From an uncultured Deferribacteres bacterium (GTDB lineage: Bacteria; Zhuqueibacterota; Zhuqueibacteria; Zhuqueibacterales; Geothermadaptataceae): a stretch of 34,257 nt of DNA. Positions 8,970-17,272 of this stretch are shown one piece after another. Within the stretch, counting starts at the first letter, position 1, and each line of letters begins with the position of its first letter. Where the stretch lies: NCBI GenBank assembly GCA_964014485.1, contig CAXHAT010000079.1, positions 1 to 34,257 on the forward strand, read 5' to 3'. The notes below the pieces were generated by a model. The model searched no databases and had not been told where the DNA came from. It worked only from the letters and a program-made list of their open reading frames with translations. Made by a program: the position numbers and the translations under genes.

Positions 8970-9827
8970 ATGGCCAGATCAGCAGTTCTTTCGATGGAAT
9001 CGCCAAAAAAGCTTGATGATAATCCGCCGGCTTTCGATTCAACATTACTTGATTTTAAACAGCCGACCGGGAAAAAACAAAGTATTCGTTTAGGAATAAA
9101 AGCGTCTAAAACGCAATTTTTCCCAAACCTTCGCACGCCGAAAAACGGCCAAAAGATTGTCGAGTATGCCAAAATCGTTGAAGCTATCCAAGACGTTCAC
9201 GTTAAGGAAGACGTCCAGATTATCGGCTTCACAGGTGTTGGTCGCGGACAGGGCGTTTCAACCCTATTGGCAATTTTAGGTTCTTTGATCGCCGAAGAAA
9301 ACACCTCAAACTCGGCGATTTACGATCTGGACGAGACGCAGGAGTTGGATCTGTCGGAGAACGAGCCGCAAGGCGTTTTTCTTTTAGACGCTTGTTTCAA
9401 CCACCCTTCGCTGCACAAGATTTTTGGCGTTGAAAATATTCGCGGATTGTCCGGGTTATTGAAAAATAAAGGGTTGAAGGAAATTAAGGCGACCAACCTC
9501 GTCAATTATCATCTCGACATGTTGCCCGCCGGAGAAAAGGCGGCTCCCCCTTATCGTTGGGATCGCTTTACCGCTCTTTTAAAAAAGCTGCGAGAAAGAA
9601 AGCAATTTATTTTCATTGACGTCCCGCCCGTTTCGGAAGACAGCGAAAGTCTGAGAATCTGCAAACTTTGCGACGCCGTCATTGTCCCCGTACGCGCGAA
9701 TGACAAAAGGTACGAGGCCATCAACGGCCTCAACAAAATGTTACAAGACGCCGGCGTGAATGTGCTTGGCAGTGTTTTGACCAACCGGAAATACTTCATC
9801 CCGGAGTGGATTTACAAGAGAATTTAG
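8970..9827 (+). CDS. CpsD/CapB-family BY-kinase-like protein with degenerate catalytic motifs
   Basis: TGVGRGQGVST (Walker A without Lys), LLDACFNHPSLH (Walker A'), FIFIDVPP (Walker B), CDAVIV and LGSVL; immediately follows the co-polymerase gene. Confidence 0.82.
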   Translation: MARSAVLSMESPKKLDDNPPAFDSTLLDFKQPTGKKQSIRLGIKASKTQFFPNLRTPKNGQKIVEYAKIVEAIQDVHVKEDVQIIGFTGVGRGQGVSTLLAILGSLIAEENTSNSAIYDLDETQELDLSENEPQGVFLLDACFNHPSLHKIFGVENIRGLSGLLKNKGLKEIKATNLVNYHLDMLPAGEKAAPPYRWDRFTALLKKLRERKQFIFIDVPPVSEDSESLRICKLCDAVIVPVRANDKRYEAINGLNKMLQDAGVNVLGSVLTNRKYFIPEWIYKRI

Positions 9828-9890
9828 CGGCGCACTCGCACTCAGCTAGTTCTTCAATGTATTCGTCAAGCGAACGATCTTTTTTCGCGG

Positions 9891-11636
9891 CTACTCACTG
9901 GCGGTCGCTTGTTCAGAGTGATGCTTTTTGTTGCGCAAAACAACGCCCGGCAGCGCCCAAGTCAATTCTGAATTTTCAACGACAATCTTGCCGTTAACAA
10001 AAACATGTTCCACCCCTTCGGCGTACTGGTGCGGATTTTCGAAGGTCGCCGCGTCTCGCAAGTTTTCAAGATCAATCACGGTGATGTCCGCCCAAAACCC
10101 TTCTCGAATCATGCCGCGGTCACGTAATCCCAGAACCTGCGCGGGCAGCGAAGTCATCGACCGAATTGCATTTTCTACTGAAATAACTCCCCGATTGAGC
10201 GCATAGTGGCGGATTTTGCGCGGAAAAGTGCCGTAAAAGCGCGCGTGAACCGGGCCGTCTCCCGGCATAGCGATTCCACCGTCGGAACAGGTCATCACCC
10301 AAGGCTTGGCGCCATATGCTTCCAAATCAATTTCGGACATGGAAAAACCGCGCAAACGCGCGCCGCCGCGCCTTTTGGGAAACCCTTCCAGTTGCAGCGT
10401 AATCGCCATTTCAATCGGCGACTGATTTCTCATCTGTGCGAGCTCGGCAAGCGATTTGCCAATTAAGGACGAATCCGGATAGTCAAAAACGACGACGTTC
10501 TCAGCCCCGCCCCGTCTCCTGATCTCGTGAGCAATGTCCCTTTCTAGCTTCGTGATTTCCGCTTCGTCGTTTAACTTCGCTCGTAATTTCTCTGCGTAAT
10601 TGACTTGCTGATCACGCTGGCGCGGCATGTAAAATTGGTTTTCCGAATCAAAAATCCAGTAAGGAATCAGCGTTGTATTTCCGTCTGTGCCGCTGGTGTT
10701 GTATGGGTACTGGTCGGCCCAAACGTTCACGCCGCGCGCTCTCGCCGCTTCGATGAGTTGAATCGCAGCGCCGCTCGCTCCCCAAAAATGCGCGCCCTTG
10801 GTTTTGATGTGTGAGCAGACGGCGGTCACGCCGCTCCTTTCGCTGACTTCAATGGTTTCCATAACGGCGTCCAGCAACGTTGGCGCGCCTGGATCGTGTC
10901 GGGTCGGCCAAAACCACATTGGGTCGGTTCCTTCGCTGCGCTGGTGGGAAATATAGACCCCGTTGTAGGCCGCTATTTCTTGTGCGATGGCGACAACCTC
11001 GTCCGTCGTGCTCCAGCGCCCCGGAATGTATTCCAGGCCCGCGGACATCCCCAGCGCGCCTTCGTCCATGGCTTGTTTTGCCAATTCGCGCATTTTGGCG
11101 ATTTCCGATTCAGTAGCTGCGCGGCGAAAATCTTTTTTCATCACGCGCAGGCGAATCGTTCCATGTCCAAAAAGCAGCGCGGCATTGGGGCCGACGCCCT
11201 TTTCAAAAAGTTGAGACGCTTGTTGATTAATCGGCCATGGCGAACGCCCGTCCTGATTGACCACGACCGTCGTAACGCCTTGCATGACAATATTCGGCGC
11301 TGCACGACGCTTCGGGTCGTTGTCCCGCAAACCGCCCTGCGGCCGTGCGCCGTCATCGGCGTGAGAGTGGATGTCGATAAATCCAGGCACGACGATTTTT
11401 CCGCCTGCGTCGATGGTGCGAGCCGCTTTTGCGCCTTCCAATTTTCCAACGGAAACGATTTTTCCATTGGAAACGGCAACGTCAGCATAAAACCAGGGAT
11501 TGCCGGTTCCATCATAAATTTTGCCGTTCTTGATCAGGAGATCGTAGTCGTTTGTTTGAGCGAAAAGCAGCGCGGTCAACGAGACAAAAAACGATAGACT
11601 CAGGAAAAAACGGGGGAGTTTCAAGGTTAGATTCAT
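9891..11636 (-). CDS. Secreted N-acyl-D-amino-acid deacylase (D-aminoacylase) family amidohydrolase
   Basis: Signal peptide from ATG 11636; YDLLIKNGKIYDGTG, PGFIDIHSHAD, SHQRSE, SHIK, SDGG, HARFYGTFPR and RGMIREGFWADI motifs. Confidence 0.88.
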   Translation of the reverse strand: MNLTLKLPRFFLSLSFFVSLTALLFAQTNDYDLLIKNGKIYDGTGNPWFYADVAVSNGKIVSVGKLEGAKAARTIDAGGKIVVPGFIDIHSHADDGARPQGGLRDNDPKRRAAPNIVMQGVTTVVVNQDGRSPWPINQQASQLFEKGVGPNAALLFGHGTIRLRVMKKDFRRAATESEIAKMRELAKQAMDEGALGMSAGLEYIPGRWSTTDEVVAIAQEIAAYNGVYISHQRSEGTDPMWFWPTRHDPGAPTLLDAVMETIEVSERSGVTAVCSHIKTKGAHFWGASGAAIQLIEAARARGVNVWADQYPYNTSGTDGNTTLIPYWIFDSENQFYMPRQRDQQVNYAEKLRAKLNDEAEITKLERDIAHEIRRRGGAENVVVFDYPDSSLIGKSLAELAQMRNQSPIEMAITLQLEGFPKRRGGARLRGFSMSEIDLEAYGAKPWVMTCSDGGIAMPGDGPVHARFYGTFPRKIRHYALNRGVISVENAIRSMTSLPAQVLGLRDRGMIREGFWADITVIDLENLRDAATFENPHQYAEGVEHVFVNGKIVVENSELTWALPGVVLRNKKHHSEQATASE

Positions 11637-11793
11637 CGCAACGCATCCATAAAATTCAGACGAACTCTCGAGTACAACAAGGCTGTCAGCATAAAACCTT
11701 GCGCTCAAGCTTTCAACTTATTTCTGACGGTCATTAGCGTTGTTTTTGTCCAACAGCCAACCGCATTTGCAGTCTTCACCATCTAGTAACTCC

Positions 11794-11853
11794 GGAGTCA
11801 AACGCTTCAGCGTTTGATTTAGAAAGCGGTGCGACGATGAATCGTCCCACTCC
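11794..11853. repeat. GGAG-type REP doublet whose two stems differ in sequence
   Basis: GGAGT-CAAACGC-TTCA-GCGTTTG (+, 11794-11816) faces GGAGT-GGGACGA-TTCA-TCGTCGC (-, 11830-11853). Confidence 0.6.
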
Positions 11854-12028
11854 ATGCCAGAAAATTACTCGCAGCTCAACGCTTTGCTTCCGGCAAGTTG
11901 TGGTTGGGGAATAATGACAGCTCGGCGGCGCGCTCAAAGCACTTCGCGGAACTTGTTGAATTTTGGCGGGAAAATGAAGGGTGGAAAATTTGTCAGAGAG
12001 GCTCGGCGACTCATGATCGCCGTTAATG

Positions 12029-12063
12029 CAAAAACGCTGAAGCGATTGACTTCAGCGTTTTTG
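12029..12063 (-). terminator. REP-derived hairpin, probable intrinsic terminator of rseP
   Basis: 14-bp stem CAAAAACGCTGAAG / CTTCAGCGTTTTTG with T-runs on both strands, 15 nt past the rseP stop. Confidence 0.6.
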
Positions 12064-12077
12064 AGCAAATTCTAAAA

Positions 12078-13379
12078 CTATCCGGCAATCCAGCGCGTGA
12101 TGTCGTTGAAAAAGGCGAATCCCATTATGCCCAGCAAAATCACAAGACCAACCGCCTGAGCAACGCCCCTGCTTTTTACGCTCACGGGGCGCCCTGAAAC
12201 GCCTTCAATGGTCAAAATTACCATGTGCCCCCCGTCGAGCACGGGAATGGGGAGAAGATTCAAAAGCCCCAATTGCAGGCTCAAAACGCCCATAAAATAA
12301 ATCAGCACGTCCCAGCCAAGTTGCGCTGCGGTTCCAGCCACCTGAGCGATCATGATCGGTCCGCCAATCTTGTCGCCGGATTCTTCGCCCGCGAAGATTC
12401 GCCCGATATATCCAAAAATCAATCCGGCAAACTTGAGGTTCTCATCAACGCTTTTGGAAACCGATTCCGTGAACGTAAATGAACGACCTATTGGCGGGAT
12501 TACAGCGCCAATAAGCCCTGTGCCGTCTTCCGTCAGCCGCGGCGTAATTGAAAGTTCGAGCTCGCGTCCTTCTCGCAGCACCTCAACCAGAAGCGCGTTC
12601 TCAGGGTTGGCTTTGATAATGCCGATACATTGATGAAAATTGAGCATCGGCTGGCCGTCTATCGAAACAATAACGTCGCCCGGCTCGAGACCGGCGGCTT
12701 TCGCGGCGCCGTCGTCTAAAATCTGTTGAATATAAGGCGGTGCGTTCGCGAAACCGTCCCAATAGCCGATTTGAGGGCCTTTTACGCTGTCGGGTAAAAC
12801 AATTTGAACGGACTCTTGGCGATTCCGCCGCAAAACGTGAACGTCGAACGTCTTTTGCTCATCAAGCTCAATCATCGCATCGCGTACGTCTTGCCATTTT
12901 TCCGTCTCGTGGTTGCTGACTGCGATAATTTCATCGCCCTGTTCGAGCCCGAAATCTGCGGCGCTTGAAAGCGGATCAACCCACGCGACGACTGGCTTTT
13001 CTTCAAGAAACGCCGGCGTTTGTCTGCCGCCGTAAAAATAAATGGTCAGGAAAATCACCGCCCAAGCCAAATTCATAAACGGCCCGGCGAGAATCACGGC
13101 CATCCGTTCCGGAACTGTGCGGGAATTAAATTCATCCGGCGCTCCGGTCACCTCGTCGTCTGGAAGTTCGCCCGCCATTTTAACGTAGCCGCCCAAAGGA
13201 ATCATGGAGATGCGGTAATCCGTATCGCCGCGCTTAAACCCAAACAGCCTCGTGCCAAACCCGATTGAAAAAGTTTGAACCTTGACGCCCACCCATTTGG
13301 CGACGAGAAAATGTCCCAGTTCGTGAACGAAAATAAGAAAGCCCAGAACAAAAGCTGTGGATAAAAAATATGTCATCAT
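12078..13379 (-). CDS. rseP: RIP intramembrane zinc metalloprotease RseP
   Basis: HELGH, FSIGFG, IPLGGYVKM, AGPFMN, two PDZ-like segments and NLLPIPVLDGGH. Confidence 0.95.
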   Translation of the reverse strand: MMTYFLSTAFVLGFLIFVHELGHFLVAKWVGVKVQTFSIGFGTRLFGFKRGDTDYRISMIPLGGYVKMAGELPDDEVTGAPDEFNSRTVPERMAVILAGPFMNLAWAVIFLTIYFYGGRQTPAFLEEKPVVAWVDPLSSAADFGLEQGDEIIAVSNHETEKWQDVRDAMIELDEQKTFDVHVLRRNRQESVQIVLPDSVKGPQIGYWDGFANAPPYIQQILDDGAAKAAGLEPGDVIVSIDGQPMLNFHQCIGIIKANPENALLVEVLREGRELELSITPRLTEDGTGLIGAVIPPIGRSFTFTESVSKSVDENLKFAGLIFGYIGRIFAGEESGDKIGGPIMIAQVAGTAAQLGWDVLIYFMGVLSLQLGLLNLLPIPVLDGGHMVILTIEGVSGRPVSVKSRGVAQAVGLVILLGIMGFAFFNDITRWIAG

Positions 13380-13637
13380 TTTTGGTTAATTCCCGGATTT
13401 GGTTTTGACCGCCAGCCCTATTGGCGACGACCAAATACTCCCAAAAGGCTTGTTCTCGTAAAAATTTGTGCCGGTATTTTATAATTTTGCGTTTATTAAG
13501 CGCGTCATCGTTGCGTCTTGCCTGCGTTTTAAACGGCAACTAAAATAATGAGCTTTTAAGGCAAAATCAAGCCCGGATACGTGGCGAAAACGATATTGTT
13601 CGATGACATTAATCTTGCCCAAAATGAGGATTGAAAA

Positions 13638-14054
13638 ATGGAAGGCGTCGCGCAAATCGACCATACCGGAGACATTGGCCTGCTTGTCTCCGCAGAAAAT
13701 TTGGAAGCCCTTTTTGAGAAATCCGCCTTTGGCATGTTTGAAGTGATCGCGGATTTGCGAAACGTCGATCAAACCGAAAAGGTCGAAGTTCGCGTTGAGG
13801 CGGAAGATTTGGAAACTTTGTTTATCCGCTGGCTGTCCGAGTTGAATTTCATTCACATCACGCAAGAATTGATTTTCTCACGATTTGAAATCGATGCGCT
13901 TGATGAAAAATGTGCAGTAGGAAGAGCTTGGGGAGAGAAAACGGATTTTTCCCGCCACACCATTTTCACGGAAGTCAAAGCCGTGACTTATCACGATTTG
14001 AGCATCAAAAAAAGCGGCGGCGTCTGGCAGGCGCGCTTCATTTTTGATATGTAG
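13638..14054 (+). CDS. Archease family protein
   Basis: IDHTGDIG, LFIRWLSEL, EVKAVTYH and C-terminal FIFDM; 138 aa; RBS GAGGA. Confidence 0.92.
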   Translation: MEGVAQIDHTGDIGLLVSAENLEALFEKSAFGMFEVIADLRNVDQTEKVEVRVEAEDLETLFIRWLSELNFIHITQELIFSRFEIDALDEKCAVGRAWGEKTDFSRHTIFTEVKAVTYHDLSIKKSGGVWQARFIFDM

Positions 14055-14097
14055 GCTGGCTTTGCAGTCGCAAGCTGCCTGTGAAAAACGACAGGCG

Positions 14098-15336
14098 TTA
14101 AACGCTCATTTTTGTCAAAAGCGTCTCCAGATCATGCCCGCCCAATTCAGCCAACCTCATGACGACTTCGCCAATTTTGTTGTTCGGCGTCGAAGCGCCT
14201 GCTGTCAGGCCGATTCTTAGATTTCCTGCCGGCAGCCAATCTTTTGCAATGCGCTCTTCTTTTTGAAAAGCGGGAAGATGACGAATCGTTGACCTGTCGA
14301 CAAGGCAGCGCGCGTCTTCGATGTGAAACGCTTTTGTATATTCGCCGGAAAGCTCCGCGAGATGTCCCGTGTTGCTGGAATTGTAGCCGCCGATCACGAG
14401 CATCAAGTCCAGGTTTTTATTTTGCAAAAGTTCAAGAATCGCATCTTGCCGTTCCTGCGTCGCGCTGCAAATGGTGTCGAAAGTTCTGAATCTTTGCGCG
14501 GTTTCTTCATCGCCAAACTTCGCGGTCATTTCTTTACGCAAGCGTTCTCCCACAGCTAAAGATTCGCTCGACAGCATCGTCGTCTGGTTGGCCACGCCGA
14601 TTTTTTCAAGATGAATGTCCGGGTCGAAACCTTCCGAAACCGCATTTTTAAAAAGTTGAAAAAACTGATCTTTGGTCATCTTTCCCGCGATGTAGTCGCA
14701 AACGCGCTCCGTCTCCTCCATGTCGAGAACGACCAGGTAGTGTGCATTGGGATATTTCTGCGTCTGCGAACTGGTCGCCTTGGTCTCTTCGTGGTAATAC
14801 TTGCCGTGAATCACCGATGTGAAACCGTCGCGGGCGTATTGCTCAACGCGTTTCCAGACATTCAAAACTGAACCGCAGGTTGTATCCACCAAAATGCAGC
14901 CTTTGCCTTTCAAAATTTCCAATTCCTGGATCGTCACGCCGAACGCCGGAAGAATGACGACGTCATCCTCGTCGAGCGAGTCAAAGCTGTTCCCGTCTGC
15001 GTATTGGCCGGAGAGAAACTGGATGTCCATCGCCAGCATTTTGCGGTTGACGTGAGGGTTGTGGATAATTTCTCCGGTGAGGAAAACGCGCCTGTCCGGG
15101 AATTTTGTGCGGCTTTGGTAGGCATAGTCCACGGCCCTGTCGACGCCATAGCAAAATCCGAATTCCTTTGCCAAATAAAGCGTCGAACCGCCCAGCGGCA
15201 TTTCGTAATTGTTCGACTTGAAATAATCGATAATGGCACTGGAATAATCCGATTCGAGCTGGCCTGCAACTTCTTTTTTCAACCCGAGGCCGCGACGATA
15301 GAGTTGGCCGTTTTGTGTGGCGTTTCCATTTTTCAT
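14098..15336 (-). CDS. ispH: 4-hydroxy-3-methylbut-2-enyl diphosphate reductase IspH (long, N-terminally extended type)
   Basis: Three Fe-S cysteines (GFCYGV, DTTCGSV, DTICSATQERQ) plus IIHNP, HEET, NQTT, SSNT and TAGASTP. Confidence 0.95.
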   Translation of the reverse strand: MKNGNATQNGQLYRRGLGLKKEVAGQLESDYSSAIIDYFKSNNYEMPLGGSTLYLAKEFGFCYGVDRAVDYAYQSRTKFPDRRVFLTGEIIHNPHVNRKMLAMDIQFLSGQYADGNSFDSLDEDDVVILPAFGVTIQELEILKGKGCILVDTTCGSVLNVWKRVEQYARDGFTSVIHGKYYHEETKATSSQTQKYPNAHYLVVLDMEETERVCDYIAGKMTKDQFFQLFKNAVSEGFDPDIHLEKIGVANQTTMLSSESLAVGERLRKEMTAKFGDEETAQRFRTFDTICSATQERQDAILELLQNKNLDLMLVIGGYNSSNTGHLAELSGEYTKAFHIEDARCLVDRSTIRHLPAFQKEERIAKDWLPAGNLRIGLTAGASTPNNKIGEVVMRLAELGGHDLETLLTKMSV

Positions 15337-15407
15337 TGTAAAGCTCTCTATTTATTCAAAACCGCATTTGGTGCGCAATCAATCAAAACTGGTTGACAAA
15401 ATCGCGC

Positions 15408-15436
15408 AATATAGGCAATGCTCTTGCCTTTGTCAA
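15408..15436 (-). promoter_or_regulatory. Sigma-70 promoter of ispH
   Basis: On the minus strand, TTGACA - 17 nt - TATATT, about 70 nt upstream of the ispH ATG. Confidence 0.7.
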
Positions 15437-15538
15437 ATTTACTCATCGGCGCGATTGCAAGAAATATAGACGCGCTGCACGAATAGATGCGTAAATTTTA
15501 ACGCTGCAGACGAATCAACCGGCGAATTCGTTTCAAAA

Positions 15539-15586
15539 CGTACCGTACTGTACAGAATGTGAATTTCGAGTGTACAATTCAGTACA
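15539..15586. promoter_or_regulatory. Paired YGTAC-N6-GTACA palindromes (putative enhancer-binding-protein sites)
   Basis: CGTACCGTACTGTACA (15539-15554) and TGTACAATTCAGTACA (15571-15586), 32 bp (about 3 helical turns) apart, with TGT-N10-ACA geometry. Confidence 0.6.
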
Positions 15587-15653
15587 AAGCCGCAATAAGT
15601 CGATTTGATTTAAGTCGTTAAATACTTGCATTCTACGCAGCTTTCCAACAATT

Positions 15654-15669
15654 TGGCGCCCGAATTGAC
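15654..15669 (+). promoter_or_regulatory. Sigma-54-like -24/-12 promoter of the DUF1800-DUF1501 operon
   Basis: TGGCGC-CCGAA-TTGAC gives GG-N10-GA (GA instead of the canonical GC). Upstream palindromes and an AT-rich spacer support it. Confidence 0.5.
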
Positions 15670-15761
15670 ACGAGAAATGTCATTCATTTTCCACAGCCCG
15701 CTCTCAAACAAACGAGCTTGTCGACGGCTCGATTGACAGTCATCTTTTTCTGGAAAAGACT

Positions 15762-17261
15762 ATGGAGACATTGGAAAAAAACAAACGCCCCTTAAATCTC
15801 CATTTTGCGCCAAAACACGATCTCCCCCAAACGCCGGAGCGCCGCTTGCATAAGTCAGCGACGCAATGGGGAAAGGTGCAAGCTCAACACTTGCTGATGC
15901 GCTCGGGATTCGGCGCATCTCATGAAGAAACGATTGCCGCCTCATCAATTTCAAGGGATGAACTCATTCATATTCTCCTCGCAGATTTCCCTCTGCCCGA
16001 TCCTCCCGGAGACTGGGTGAATCAAGGCTACAATTACCGATCTATGACGCCGCAAGAACGCAACGCTTTTAATCGTGCCAACCGCGCCTGGCGGCGGGAC
16101 ACGGTGGCGTGGTGGCTGAATCTCATGGCGAAAAGCCCGTACAATCTGCGCGAAAGCATGACGCTTTTTTGGCATAATCATTTTGTGATCGAAGCCGCCG
16201 CCGTCAAGTCAGCGCACTTTTTGTACAAGTATATCGACATGTTGCGCCGCAATGCGCTGGGAAATTTTAGAACATTTTTAAAAGAAATGTGGCGCGACCC
16301 GGCGATGTTGATCTACTTGAATGGCGCCCAGAACACCAAGAACAGACCGAACGAAAACTTCGCTCGCGAGTTGCTCGAACTTTTCACTATGGGCGTTGAT
16401 CAATACACGGAAGACGACATTAGAGAAGCGGCAAGAGCACTCACCGGATGGCGTGTCAACACGGAAACGCTGTCTTCCTTTTTTACGCCCAACCTTCATT
16501 CCGGAGGTTCAAAAACTTTCCTGGGGAAAACCGGCGCATTCCAGGGCGACGACATTGTGGATATGATTTTAGAGCAAGAAATCACGGCTAATTTCATTTG
16601 CCGGAAAATCTATCGCAATTTTGTGAGCTTTGAAGAGAACGAAGAACGCATCGCGGAGCTTGCCGGCGTCTTTCGCAACAGCGACTACGAAATCAAGCCG
16701 GTTTTGGAAGCAATTTTTAAGTCAGACTATTTTTACGATGAAGAAAACGTCGGCTCTTTGATCAAAAGCCCGCTGAAATTGGCGATAAGCGCAGCGCGTC
16801 AATTTGGAGCTGTAGACGTTGACCTGGGCTATATTTACAACGCATCGAGCTTACTCGACCAGACATTGCTCGATCCGCCGAACGTTGCTGGCTGGGCCGG
16901 GCAAAGAAGCTGGATCAGCCCGCTGACGCTCGCAACGCGCGGCGCGTTTGGCGAATCTGTTATTCTCGGCGGGCGCATCGACAGCGACCTTGATCGGAAG
17001 AGCGTCCGCCCCATCGATTTTGACGTGATGCAATTCGCCCGCTCTTTTGATGCTGACGTGAATCCGCGACTGCTGTTGCAAAGGTGGGTCGAACATTTGT
17101 CGCCGGTCGCCCTCGATCCGTTGACGTTCGAATTAATGCTGGAAGTCATGCTCGACGGCGCCAATGAAGATGATTGGTCGCTCTACTACGAAGGCGTTGA
17201 AGATCGCGTCAAAACTTGTCTCACCCAACTGCTCCGTCTGCCGGAGTATCAATTGCATTAA
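15762..17261 (+). CDS. DUF1800 family protein
   Basis: HLLMRSGFG, LRESMTLFWHNHF, DPAMLIYL, PNENFARELLELFTMG, AARALTGW and PPNVAGW. Confidence 0.92.
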   Translation: METLEKNKRPLNLHFAPKHDLPQTPERRLHKSATQWGKVQAQHLLMRSGFGASHEETIAASSISRDELIHILLADFPLPDPPGDWVNQGYNYRSMTPQERNAFNRANRAWRRDTVAWWLNLMAKSPYNLRESMTLFWHNHFVIEAAAVKSAHFLYKYIDMLRRNALGNFRTFLKEMWRDPAMLIYLNGAQNTKNRPNENFARELLELFTMGVDQYTEDDIREAARALTGWRVNTETLSSFFTPNLHSGGSKTFLGKTGAFQGDDIVDMILEQEITANFICRKIYRNFVSFEENEERIAELAGVFRNSDYEIKPVLEAIFKSDYFYDEENVGSLIKSPLKLAISAARQFGAVDVDLGYIYNASSLLDQTLLDPPNVAGWAGQRSWISPLTLATRGAFGESVILGGRIDSDLDRKSVRPIDFDVMQFARSFDADVNPRLLLQRWVEHLSPVALDPLTFELMLEVMLDGANEDDWSLYYEGVEDRVKTCLTQLLRLPEYQLH

Positions 17262-17272
17262 GGAGATTGAAC

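Noticed and set aside
14077..14096. GCCTGT-N8-ACAGGC hairpin between convergent archease and ispH
   Set aside because: Only a 6-bp stem with no convincing U-tract; too weak to call a terminator.
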